Assembly: GCA_040752415.1 (NCBI GenBank)
Contig: JBFMGU010000147.1
Coordinates: forward strand, 1 to 26,343
Source: Myxococcota bacterium
GTDB lineage: Bacteria > Myxococcota > JACRCW01
DNA length: 26,343 bases
Direction: 5' to 3'
How positions within the stretch are numbered: position 1 is the first letter of the stretch; every line of letters begins with the position of its first letter. Positions 16,598 through 24,990 of this stretch are shown here, in pieces. The notes below the pieces were generated by a model, which ran no database searches, was not told where the DNA came from, and was given only the letters and a program-made list of their open reading frames with translations. The position numbers and the translations under genes are program-made.

Positions 16598-19500
16598 TGA
16601 TCTCCCGCCTCGTTCCCGCCTTGTGCGGCGCGCTGTTTCTCGTCGGGTGCCCGTCGCTGGAGCCCACGCTCCTTGAGACGCGCCTGGTCTCCGACACCAA
16701 CGTCACCGAAGGCGGCTACGAGGTGCAGACGCTGGTGCGCGACCTCAGCGGCGTGGCCCGCGCGCGCATCCTGTACACCGGCATCCCCGTCGAGCAGACG
16801 GTGTCCACGAGTGGTGAGAGCCCCATGCGGGAGGCCGGCTCGTCGGCGGAACAGGATGCGGACCGTTGGGTGGGCGTCATCCCCAGCGGCTTTCCCATCG
16901 GCACCACGGTCCGCTACGCCGTCGAGGTGTGCAACCGCATGGGCCGCTGCACCCTGGAGCCCGCGGGCTGGCCCAACAGCGAGGCGTTCTCTTTCGTCGT
17001 CGGGACGCTGCCCTCGCAGCCGTTCGTGACCAGGGTGACTCCCGCGCGCGGTCCCTCCACCGGCGGCATCCGCGTGGAGGTGGAAGGCCTGGATTTCCGT
17101 CCCGGCATGCTCCTGTTCTTCGACCAGGCGCGCGCCACCCACGTGGAGGTCATCCGTTCCACGCTGGCGCTGTGCACGCTGCCGCCGCATGAAGCCGGTG
17201 TTGTCGACGTCACCGCGCAGAACCCCGACAACCAGGAGGGCACGCTGCGCAAGGGCTTCACCTACTACCAGGCTCCGCGCGTCATCCGCGTGACGCCGCC
17301 GGAAGGGCCCACCGCGGGCGGCACCTTCGTCGTCATCGAGGGGGAGTTCTTCATCCCGGAGGCGCGCGTCACGTTCGAGGGGCGGCACGCGCGTCACGTG
17401 GTGGTGCACGGTGACACGGTCATCAGCTGTGAGACGCCGCCCGGAAACCCCGGCTTCGCCGACGTGGCGGTCATCCACCCGGAAGGCGGGGAGGGTGTGC
17501 TGGAGGATGGCTACCGCTACATTCCGCCGCCCATCGTCGACGGCGTGATTCCGCCCGACGGCCCGGACTTCGGCGGCCAGGAGGTGGTGGTCACCGGTGA
17601 GAACTTCATCGACGGCGCCACGGTCACGGTGGGTGGCGCGCCGTGTGTCGACGTGGAGTTCATCTCCTCCGAGGAGCTGCGCTGCACCGTCCCGCCGGGC
17701 ACGCCAGGCGCCGCCGACGTCACGGTGACCAACCCCGACGGACAGAGCGGCACGTTGCTGGGCGGGTACTACTACAACGGTCCGCCCGTCGTGGTGGCCG
17801 TGGATCCCGACGAGGGGCCGCTGGTGGCGGGCCAGGAGGCCATCATCTACGGCGCCGGCTTCCTGGGCGGAATGACCGTGTCCATCGGCGGTCGTCCCGC
17901 GGTGGTGCTGGGAGACATCAGCCGCGACCGCGCGCACGTGCAGATTCCCGCCGCCGCGGAGCCCATCAACCCGCCGCCGCCCGACGGCACGCGCCCCGTC
18001 GACGTCAGCGTGACCAACCCCGCGCCGGATGGCCGCAGCGCCACGCTCCAGAATGGCTACACCTATGTCTGGCCGCCGGAGGTCACCAGCGTGGAGCCGG
18101 ACCGTGGTCCCACCCAGGGAGGCACGGCGGTGGTGGTGCGCGGTCGCTTCTTCCGCTCCATCAATGAGAGCCCGCTCGTCGTCAGGTTCGACACGCCGGA
18201 GGTGGCGGCGCTGCAGGTCATCAGCAACACGGAGCTGCGCATGGTCACCCCGCCGGGAGACCCGGGCTTCGCCGACATTGGCGTGCGCAACCACCCGCTC
18301 TCGGAAGGCGTGGGCCTCCAGCTCTATCTCTACGTGCCACCTCCGGACCCCCAGCAGGTCATTCCACCCGACGGGCCCACCTTCGGCGGCGACGTGGTGA
18401 CCATCATTGGCGAGTGGTTCCAGCCCGGCGCCACCGTGACGTTCGACGGCGCGCCCTGCACCAACGTCCAGGTCTCCGCCGACGGCACCACCATCACCTG
18501 CACCACGCCCCCCGGCGAGCGCGGCCCCGCCGACGTGGTGGTCACCAACCCCGACGGACAGCGCGGTGAGCTCCCCGCCGGCTACACCTACCTGCCGCTG
18601 GTGGTGCGTCCCGACGGCGGCTTCGAGGCCGGCTTCACGCGGACGCGGCTGTTTGGCGCGGGCATGCACCCCGGCGTGGCGGTGTTCTTCGGCACCACGC
18701 AGGCCACCATCGTGCAGCACGTGAGCGAGCGGGAGATCGTCGTCGAGAGTCCGCCGCACGGGCTGGGCGCGGTTGACGTGAGCTTCCGCAACGCCGACGG
18801 GACGGGCGAGACGGCGGAGGCCGCGTTCACCTATCGGACGCTGGCGGACCGCTCCAACGGGCGCATGCCGCTGGAGTTCCGGGTGGGCAATGACGGTGAA
18901 GCCGCGGACGTGGATGGCGACGGAGACCTGGACGTCATGGTGGCCAACGGCGGCGTGGACCAGGCGGACATCAGCGCGCTCTACCGGAACCAGACCGTGA
19001 GCCCCGGCGCGCCATCCCCGGGCAGCTTCTCCGAGGAGACCCTGGGGCCCATCCTCACCACCAACCAGGTCAGCTTTGGCGACGTGAACGGCGACAACCG
19101 CCCGGACCTGCTCTTTGCCGCCAGCCAGGAGAGCCACTTCTTCCTGAACGACGGGAGCGGCAACTTCGTCGAGCAGCTCATGGTCAACGACGGAGACGGT
19201 GCTTTCGAGGGCGTGATCGTCGATCTCAGCGGCGACGGCGTGAAAGACATCTTCCTGCTCAACATCGGCTGCAGTGAGGGCAATGACCCCAACTGTCCGC
19301 CGGACATCCGTGGACGGGACACGCTGCTCATCAACGTCGGTGGCGGTGCGTTTGATGACCGCAGCAACGTGGTGCCGCACGCGCTCGCGGAGGTGCACGA
19401 CCACAAGCTGGAGACCTGGGACCTCAACGGCGACGGGCGCCTGGACCTCATCATCACCGTCGACAACAAGAACTTTGAAGGCGCCAACGGCCGCCCCAAC

Positions 19501-20034
19501 CACCGCGTGCTGCTCTCCCAGCCCGGCGGCGGCTACTCCGACCCGGTCTTCCCGCCCGACTTCAGCAACATCATCGGCGACGTCTACGGCATTGCCATCG
19601 GGGACCTGGATGGCGACGGACGCCCGGACCTGGCGCTGCCCAGCTACCACCCGGACTTCGTCGGCGCGCTCGGTTTCCAGGGCACGCCGGGCAGCCACAT
19701 CATCCTGCTGGGCGGGCAGGGCGCCAACTTCACCCGCGACGACACGCGCCTGGACACCGGCATCATTGACGAGCCCACCATCAACACCGTCATCTACGAC
19801 ATGGACGAGGACGGGGACCTGGACGTCTTCTATCTGAACCTGGGCGAGGTGCCGAACCGCCTGTACATCAACCGTGGCGACGGGTTCTTTGTCTACGCGC
19901 CCACGGCCCTGCCCTCGGAAGCGCGCCAGACCACCGACGTGGTACCGGGTGACTTCGACCTGGACGGAGACGTTGATCTCGTCGTGATCAACCAGGACCG
20001 GGACCAGCTCCTGCTCGCCGGGCCGGAGTTGTGA
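16597..20034 (+). CDS. Lipoprotein with 7 IPT/TIG domains and a C-terminal 7-repeat FG-GAP/VCBS propeller
   Basis: Lipobox LFLVG-C; seven P-x-x-G-x-x-x-G...G-x-x-F...[GA][YF]xY-type units (~17020-18835); seven D-x-x-x-D-x-x-x-D motifs (~18900-19980). Confidence 0.9.
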   Translation: MISRLVPALCGALFLVGCPSLEPTLLETRLVSDTNVTEGGYEVQTLVRDLSGVARARILYTGIPVEQTVSTSGESPMREAGSSAEQDADRWVGVIPSGFPIGTTVRYAVEVCNRMGRCTLEPAGWPNSEAFSFVVGTLPSQPFVTRVTPARGPSTGGIRVEVEGLDFRPGMLLFFDQARATHVEVIRSTLALCTLPPHEAGVVDVTAQNPDNQEGTLRKGFTYYQAPRVIRVTPPEGPTAGGTFVVIEGEFFIPEARVTFEGRHARHVVVHGDTVISCETPPGNPGFADVAVIHPEGGEGVLEDGYRYIPPPIVDGVIPPDGPDFGGQEVVVTGENFIDGATVTVGGAPCVDVEFISSEELRCTVPPGTPGAADVTVTNPDGQSGTLLGGYYYNGPPVVVAVDPDEGPLVAGQEAIIYGAGFLGGMTVSIGGRPAVVLGDISRDRAHVQIPAAAEPINPPPPDGTRPVDVSVTNPAPDGRSATLQNGYTYVWPPEVTSVEPDRGPTQGGTAVVVRGRFFRSINESPLVVRFDTPEVAALQVISNTELRMVTPPGDPGFADIGVRNHPLSEGVGLQLYLYVPPPDPQQVIPPDGPTFGGDVVTIIGEWFQPGATVTFDGAPCTNVQVSADGTTITCTTPPGERGPADVVVTNPDGQRGELPAGYTYLPLVVRPDGGFEAGFTRTRLFGAGMHPGVAVFFGTTQATIVQHVSEREIVVESPPHGLGAVDVSFRNADGTGETAEAAFTYRTLADRSNGRMPLEFRVGNDGEAADVDGDGDLDVMVANGGVDQADISALYRNQTVSPGAPSPGSFSEETLGPILTTNQVSFGDVNGDNRPDLLFAASQESHFFLNDGSGNFVEQLMVNDGDGAFEGVIVDLSGDGVKDIFLLNIGCSEGNDPNCPPDIRGRDTLLINVGGGAFDDRSNVVPHALAEVHDHKLETWDLNGDGRLDLIITVDNKNFEGANGRPNHRVLLSQPGGGYSDPVFPPDFSNIIGDVYGIAIGDLDGDGRPDLALPSYHPDFVGALGFQGTPGSHIILLGGQGANFTRDDTRLDTGIIDEPTINTVIYDMDEDGDLDVFYLNLGEVPNRLYINRGDGFFVYAPTALPSEARQTTDVVPGDFDLDGDVDLVVINQDRDQLLLAGPEL

Positions 20035-20040
20035 GAGGGC

Positions 20041-21021
20041 GTGGCACCGCGCGTTGTCTACTTCGGGATGGATTCGGAGTTCTCCACGCGGCCGCTGCTG
20101 GGCCTGCTGGAGTCCGGGGTGCGTGTGCTCGCCGTGGTCAAGCCCATTGGCGGCATTGCCATGCGCAAGACCAACGTGGCCACCCGCTACCCGTCGTTGA
20201 TGACGCGCATCCGCGAGCGGCTGGACAACCTGCTCAAGCCCGGTCCGTCGTCACCGCTGGTGGCGTGGGATGCGCCGCAGGTCCCGGATGATCCGTTCAC
20301 CATCGCGGAGGCGTCGGGGATTCCGTGCATTGTCGTCGGGGATGCGTCGGGGGACCGCGCGGTGCGGCTGTTGCGCCGGTTTGATGCGGATGTCTACTGC
20401 GTGGCGTTCTTCAACCAGCTCCTCCGTCGACGCGTGCTGGCGCTCCCGCGCCTGGGTGCGGTGAACCTGCATCCCTCACTGCTCCCGGCGTACCGCGGTC
20501 CCTCGCCGTTGTTCTGGATGTTCCGCGACGCGCCCGCGGAGACCGGCGTCACGCTGCACCTGCTCTCCCCCGGTGAGGATGATGGCGACGTGCTGGCGCA
20601 GGCGCGGGTGCCGCTCACCGACGGGATGCGCGGCCCGGAGCTGGTCCACACCATGGCGCTGTTGGGCAAGGAGTTGATGGTGAAGGGCGTGTGGGACCTG
20701 TACCGCGGCGAGGAGACGCGGAAGGCGCAGGATGGTGCGCGCGCGTTCCGGAGCCCGCGGCCGCAGCCGGAGGATCTGCGCGTGGATTTCCGTCGGCCCG
20801 CGCGTGACGTCTTCAACTTCGTCCGGGGCGTCAGTTCCTGGGTGCCGCTCTACGCGCAGGTGGGGATGGACCGGTTGGAGATCCAGGATGCGCAGGCGTT
20901 CGAGCCTGGTGTGAAGCTTCCGGGCGAATTCTCGTTGAGCGGCAACATCCTCATGGCCCAATGCCTGGATGGAACGGTGGTGTTGCGCATCCGGTCACGC
21001 GGTTGGACGGGCGCGGTGTGA
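20041..21021 (+). CDS. N10-formyl-THF-dependent formyltransferase (Fmt/ArnA-like), probably not the canonical fmt
   Basis: VNLHPSLLPAYRGPSP (catalytic Asn/His, SLLP) and TGVTLHLLSPGEDDGD, plus a Formyl_trans_C-like tail. The N-terminus FGMDSEFS differs from the Fmt GTPDFA pattern and is followed by a ~40-aa insert. Confidence 0.8.
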   Translation: MAPRVVYFGMDSEFSTRPLLGLLESGVRVLAVVKPIGGIAMRKTNVATRYPSLMTRIRERLDNLLKPGPSSPLVAWDAPQVPDDPFTIAEASGIPCIVVGDASGDRAVRLLRRFDADVYCVAFFNQLLRRRVLALPRLGAVNLHPSLLPAYRGPSPLFWMFRDAPAETGVTLHLLSPGEDDGDVLAQARVPLTDGMRGPELVHTMALLGKELMVKGVWDLYRGEETRKAQDGARAFRSPRPQPEDLRVDFRRPARDVFNFVRGVSSWVPLYAQVGMDRLEIQDAQAFEPGVKLPGEFSLSGNILMAQCLDGTVVLRIRSRGWTGAV

Positions 21022-21064
21022 TTTCGACGCAGCAGATCGGGCTGGGGCGGAGACTGGGGCCTGA

Positions 21065-21093
21065 TTGACAAGGTGCATGCGCTGCCTTATCTC
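21065..21093 (+). promoter_or_regulatory. Sigma70-like promoter for the peroxiredoxin gene
   Basis: Perfect TTGACA (21065-21070), 17-nt spacer, TATCTC (21088-21093, 3/6 match); followed by a small hairpin near 21104-21124 and an AGAGGA RBS. Confidence 0.5.
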
Positions 21094-21162
21094 GCCCGCA
21101 CCTTTCCGCCGTCACGCGGCGGGAGCTGACCAAGAATCCCCAACCTTTCCAAGAGGATACCC

Positions 21163-21756
21163 ATGTCTCTGGTTCAGAAGCCCGCTCCGTCCTTCACTGC
21201 GGCTGCGGTGATGCCGGACAACTCCTTCAAGGACATCCGCATCGAGGACTACCGCGGCAAGTACGTGGTGCTCTTCTTCTACCCGCTGGACTTCACGTTC
21301 GTGTGTCCCACGGAGATCCTGACGTTCGACAAGCAGTTGAAGGAGTTCGAGAAGCGCGGCGCGGTGGTGCTGGGCTGCTCGGTGGACAGCAAGCACACGC
21401 ACCACGCGTGGCGTCAGACGGCGGTGGAGAAGGGCGGCATTGGCCAGATCGGGTACCCGCTGATTGCGGACCTGACCAAGAACATTGCGCGGGACTACGG
21501 CGTGCTGAGCCCCGACGGTGAGGTGGCGTTCCGCGCGACCTTCATCATCGACAAGAAGGGCGTGGTCCGCACGGCGCACGTCAACGACCTGCCCGTGGGC
21601 CGCAGCGTTTCCGAGGAGCTGCGCACGCTCGACGCGGTGAAGTTCGTGGACGAGCACGGCGACCAGGTCTGCCCCGCCGACTGGAAGGAAGGCGAGAAGA
21701 CCATGACGCCGAACGCCAAGGGCGTGGCGGAGTACCTGAGCAGCACCAAGCGCTGA
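21163..21756 (+). CDS. ahpC: Typical 2-Cys peroxiredoxin (AhpC/Prx1)
   Basis: FFYPLDFTFVCPTE (peroxidatic Cys), FRATFIID and QVCPADW (resolving Cys). Confidence 0.96.
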   Translation: MSLVQKPAPSFTAAAVMPDNSFKDIRIEDYRGKYVVLFFYPLDFTFVCPTEILTFDKQLKEFEKRGAVVLGCSVDSKHTHHAWRQTAVEKGGIGQIGYPLIADLTKNIARDYGVLSPDGEVAFRATFIIDKKGVVRTAHVNDLPVGRSVSEELRTLDAVKFVDEHGDQVCPADWKEGEKTMTPNAKGVAEYLSSTKR

Positions 21757-21774
21757 TCAGTTTCCCGCAGTCTC

Positions 21775-21817
21775 AAGGGCCGCTTTTTCCTTCGGGAGGA
21801 GCGGCCCTTTCGTTTTT
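21775..21817 (+). terminator. Intrinsic terminator after ahpC
   Basis: AAGGGCCGC-TTTTTCC-TTCG-GGAGGA-GCGGCCCTT stem with a cUUCGg tetraloop, followed by TCGTTTTT; begins 19 nt after the stop. Confidence 0.85.
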
Positions 21818-21876
21818 CCATCGTCACAGTGCGCGCGGGCGCACCATCAGACCGCGCCACGCATTCGCCCGCTCTG

Positions 21877-21961
21877 GGAGTGCGGTCTGCAATACCGCTT
21901 TGCGTCAGGCCTTCTCGTCGGGCGCCAGCCCTTTCGGACTGCGGTATGAAGTACCGCTTTG
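21877..21961. repeat. Two 26-bp direct repeats, each palindromic (GCGGT-N7-ACCGC), 59-bp period
   Basis: GGAGTGCGGTCTGCAATACCGCTTTG (21877-21902) versus GGACTGCGGTATGAAGTACCGCTTTG (21936-21961): 22/26 identical. Confidence 0.75.
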
Positions 21962-21970
21962 GCTCGGCCC

Positions 21971-22990
21971 TCACCCGAACGCGGTCCGATAATCGACCCC
22001 ATCGTGCATGTCGGCGGATTCGGTCTCCTGCGCGCTGCTGAAGAACTGCGCACAGAGGTCATGGACCGCCTCGGGCTCATCCAACCGCATGACGCCGTCG
22101 CGGAACGCGCTGCCTCCACGCAACCCGCGGCTGTACCAGATGAGATGCTGTCGGAACTGTCGGACGGCGCGCCAGCGGTCGCCCACGAACTCCACGTGCT
22201 CCCCGAGATGCCGCACGATGGTCGCCATGCGCTCAGCGGGTGACGGCGGTGGCAGGTCTTCCCCGGCGGCGAGGCTGCGGAAGATCCACGGATTCCCCAG
22301 CGCCGCGCGACCCACCATGACGAAGTCGCACCCCGTCTCCGTCTGCATGCGCTTCGCGTCTTTGACGCTGCGCACGTCGCCATTCCCGATGACGGGCACC
22401 TTCACGGCGGCCTTGAGCTGCGCAATGAGCTTCCAATCTGCGTGACCGCTGTATCCCTGGGCGCGGGTGCGCGCGTGCAGCGCAATGGCGGCCACGCCGG
22501 CGTCCTCCAGGCGCTTCCCCATGTCCACGCAGGTGATGCTGTGGCTATCCCAGCCGGCGCGGATCTTCGCCGTGACGGGGACCTTCTCCCCCACGGCGGC
22601 GCGCATCTCCCGCACCACGTCGGCGGCGCGGGCGTGGTCGCACAGGAGCGCGCTTCCGGCGCCGGTCTTGGTGACCTTCTTGACCGGGCAGCCCATGTTG
22701 ATGTCCAGCATCTGCGCGCCGGCCTTGACCGCGGCCTCGGCGGCAATGGCCATGCTGCGCGGTTCCCCGCCAAACAGCTGCACCGTGAACGGGATCTCTC
22801 GAGGGGAGTGGTCCAGGTACTGCCGCGTCCGACGGTTCTGGTACTCGAGCCCCTTGGCGCTGATGAGCTCGGTGGGGGCCAGGCCCGCGCCGTACTCCAT
22901 GGCGAGGACGCGGAAGGGCTTCTCGCTGACGCCCGCCATGGGGGCGAGGATCCAGGGGTTGGGGAGGGTGATGGGACCAATGCTGGGCAT
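21971..22990 (-). CDS. dusB: tRNA-dihydrouridine synthase DusB
   Basis: LAPMAGVS, VQLFG, DINMGCPVKKV (catalytic Cys), GAGSALL, HARTRAQGYSG, VIGNGDV and GRAALGNPWIF; the MPSIGP start gives 339 aa. Confidence 0.95.
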   Translation of the reverse strand: MPSIGPITLPNPWILAPMAGVSEKPFRVLAMEYGAGLAPTELISAKGLEYQNRRTRQYLDHSPREIPFTVQLFGGEPRSMAIAAEAAVKAGAQMLDINMGCPVKKVTKTGAGSALLCDHARAADVVREMRAAVGEKVPVTAKIRAGWDSHSITCVDMGKRLEDAGVAAIALHARTRAQGYSGHADWKLIAQLKAAVKVPVIGNGDVRSVKDAKRMQTETGCDFVMVGRAALGNPWIFRSLAAGEDLPPPSPAERMATIVRHLGEHVEFVGDRWRAVRQFRQHLIWYSRGLRGGSAFRDGVMRLDEPEAVHDLCAQFFSSAQETESADMHDGVDYRTAFG

Positions 22991-23079
22991 GCGGTGGGTC
23001 GGGGTACGGCGTGACCCGTCGTCCGTCAACCGCGTGGTCACGGCCATGGTCGAGATGGGAAGCGGTCTATGGTGGCGTG

Positions 23080-24981
23080 ATGGGTCGCTGGTGGTGCGTG
23101 GTGTTGTTCGTGGCCTGGGCGGGCTGCGCCTCGGAGCGACCGGTCCACAAGTCTTCTCCGTCGTCACCCCCGTCGTCGTCGCCGTTGCCGCGCGAAGCGC
23201 CACCACATCACCCGGCGTTCCCCGCACCGGTGCTGGCGCCCGCCTCCGGTGAGGACGCACTGCGCGCCGACGAGATCCTCCAGGACATCCGCTACCTCGC
23301 CGACGACGCGCGAGAAGGTCGCGGCCTGGGCACGCGCGGCCTGGAGGAGGCCACCGACTACGTGGTGAGGGCGTGGTCGTCGTTGGGCCTGCAGCCCGCG
23401 GGCACCAGCGGCTACTTGCAGCCCATCGAGGTCACCACGGGGATCCGGCTCGGCCCGTCCAACAAGCTCGTGGTGGAGGGGCAGGCCTACCTGCTGGGTG
23501 AGGACTTCACGCCGCACGGCTCTTCCGTCGACGGCGACGTGCGCGCCGAGGTGGTCTTCGCTGGCCACGGCATTACGGCCCCGGAGCTGGGTTACGACGA
23601 CTACGCCAGCGTCGACGTGCGCAACCGGATTGCGCTGGTGATGACGTCGGTACCGCTGGCCGAGGACCCGCACAGCATCTTCAACGTGCGCGCCTCCCGT
23701 GGTTATCGCGAGGTGCACTACAAGCTGATGAACGCGCGGGAGCACGGTGCACGCGCGGTCCTGCTGGTGCCCGCCCCGACGTCACCCCAGGGTCGCCACG
23801 GCACCCTCCCACGACGCACGCCCGCGCCCCGCCTGGAATCCAGCGGGCTGTTGGCGGCGGAGATCACCACCGGGATGGCGGACGCGCTGCTCGGCGCACC
23901 GGGCCAGCTGCGTCACCAGTGGGGGGTGGTGGAAGCGCACGGTCGCCCGGCGAGCCGGCATACCGGCGTGACCGCGCGTCTCGTGGTGGAGCTGGTGCGG
24001 ACGAAGGGGACGGTGAACAACGTGGTGGCACTCCTGCCGGGGGCGCACCCCGTGCTGCGCGGGGAAGCGGTGGTGATCGGCGCGCACGTGGATCACCTGG
24101 GTGACGGCGCGCTGCACGCGGTCCAGCCTGACGTCATGGGCACCACCCACAACGGCGCCGACGACAACGCCTCCGGCACCGCCGGCCTCCTGGCGCTGGC
24201 GCGCGCGTTCGCCAAGGGGCCGCGTCCGCTGCGCAGTGTGGTGTTCGTGGCCTTCACCGGCGAGGAGTCCGGCCTGCTGGGCAGCGCGCACTACGTGCGT
24301 CATCCCGCGGTCCCGTTGGAGCAGACGCGGCTGATGGTGAACCTGGACATGATCGGCCGCGCCAACGGAGCGCGCCTGCTGGTGCTGGGCGCCGAGAGCG
24401 CCGCGGAGCTGCCGGATCTCGTCTCCCGCGCCGACGTGGGCCTGGGTCACGCGCTGCAGCTGGATGGCAACACCTACGCGCCCTCGGATCACCTGAGCTT
24501 CCAGCTCAAGGAGGTCCCGGTGCTGTCATTCTTCACCGGCCCACACCAGGACTGGCACCGCCCCACCGACGACGTGGAGCACATCAACGCGGACGGCGCG
24601 GCAGCCGCGGTGAAGCTGGCCTACCGCGTGGCGCGCAGCATCTCGGACGCGCCGGAGGGCACGCGGCTCTCGGTGTTGCGCCAGCGGCTCCCGGCCAATC
24701 CCGGTGACCACGGCGGCGGCGCGGTGCTGGGTTGCGTGCCCGACTTCGCGGCGAGCATGGAGGGCGGGGTGCTGCTTTCCGGAGTCCTCGAGGGAAGTCC
24801 CGCGCAACGCGCCGGCCTCAAGGCGGGAGACCGCATCACCCGGCTGGGCGGGCGGGCCATCCACAACGTGCGCGACCTGGCCTTCGTGCTGCGCGAGCAC
24901 CAGGGTGGCGACGTAGTGGAGATCGTGGTGGTGCGGGGAGAAGGGGAGCTGACGCTGACCGCCACGCTGGGAGCGCGGTAG
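23080..24981 (+). CDS. M28-family aminopeptidase lipoprotein with PA and C-terminal PDZ domains
   Basis: Signal MGRWWCVVLFVAWAG-C. Zn-site motifs GAHVDH, GADDNASG, GEESGLLGS, NLDMIG and HQDWHRPTDD; PA domain VVFAGHGI...YDDYASVDV; PDZ GSPAQRAGLKAGDRI. Confidence 0.92.
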   Translation: MGRWWCVVLFVAWAGCASERPVHKSSPSSPPSSSPLPREAPPHHPAFPAPVLAPASGEDALRADEILQDIRYLADDAREGRGLGTRGLEEATDYVVRAWSSLGLQPAGTSGYLQPIEVTTGIRLGPSNKLVVEGQAYLLGEDFTPHGSSVDGDVRAEVVFAGHGITAPELGYDDYASVDVRNRIALVMTSVPLAEDPHSIFNVRASRGYREVHYKLMNAREHGARAVLLVPAPTSPQGRHGTLPRRTPAPRLESSGLLAAEITTGMADALLGAPGQLRHQWGVVEAHGRPASRHTGVTARLVVELVRTKGTVNNVVALLPGAHPVLRGEAVVIGAHVDHLGDGALHAVQPDVMGTTHNGADDNASGTAGLLALARAFAKGPRPLRSVVFVAFTGEESGLLGSAHYVRHPAVPLEQTRLMVNLDMIGRANGARLLVLGAESAAELPDLVSRADVGLGHALQLDGNTYAPSDHLSFQLKEVPVLSFFTGPHQDWHRPTDDVEHINADGAAAAVKLAYRVARSISDAPEGTRLSVLRQRLPANPGDHGGGAVLGCVPDFAASMEGGVLLSGVLEGSPAQRAGLKAGDRITRLGGRAIHNVRDLAFVLREHQGGDVVEIVVVRGEGELTLTATLGAR

Positions 24982-24990
24982 ACGAAAGCG

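Noticed and set aside
20041..21021. Assigning the symbol fmt (and ubiB for 14028-15731)
   Set aside because: Family motifs are clear, but orthology is not supported by the divergent N-terminus or by gene context.
21877..21961. Mini-CRISPR interpretation of the twin repeats
   Set aside because: Only two copies, at 22/26 identity, with no leader and no cas genes; kept only as an unexplained repeat.
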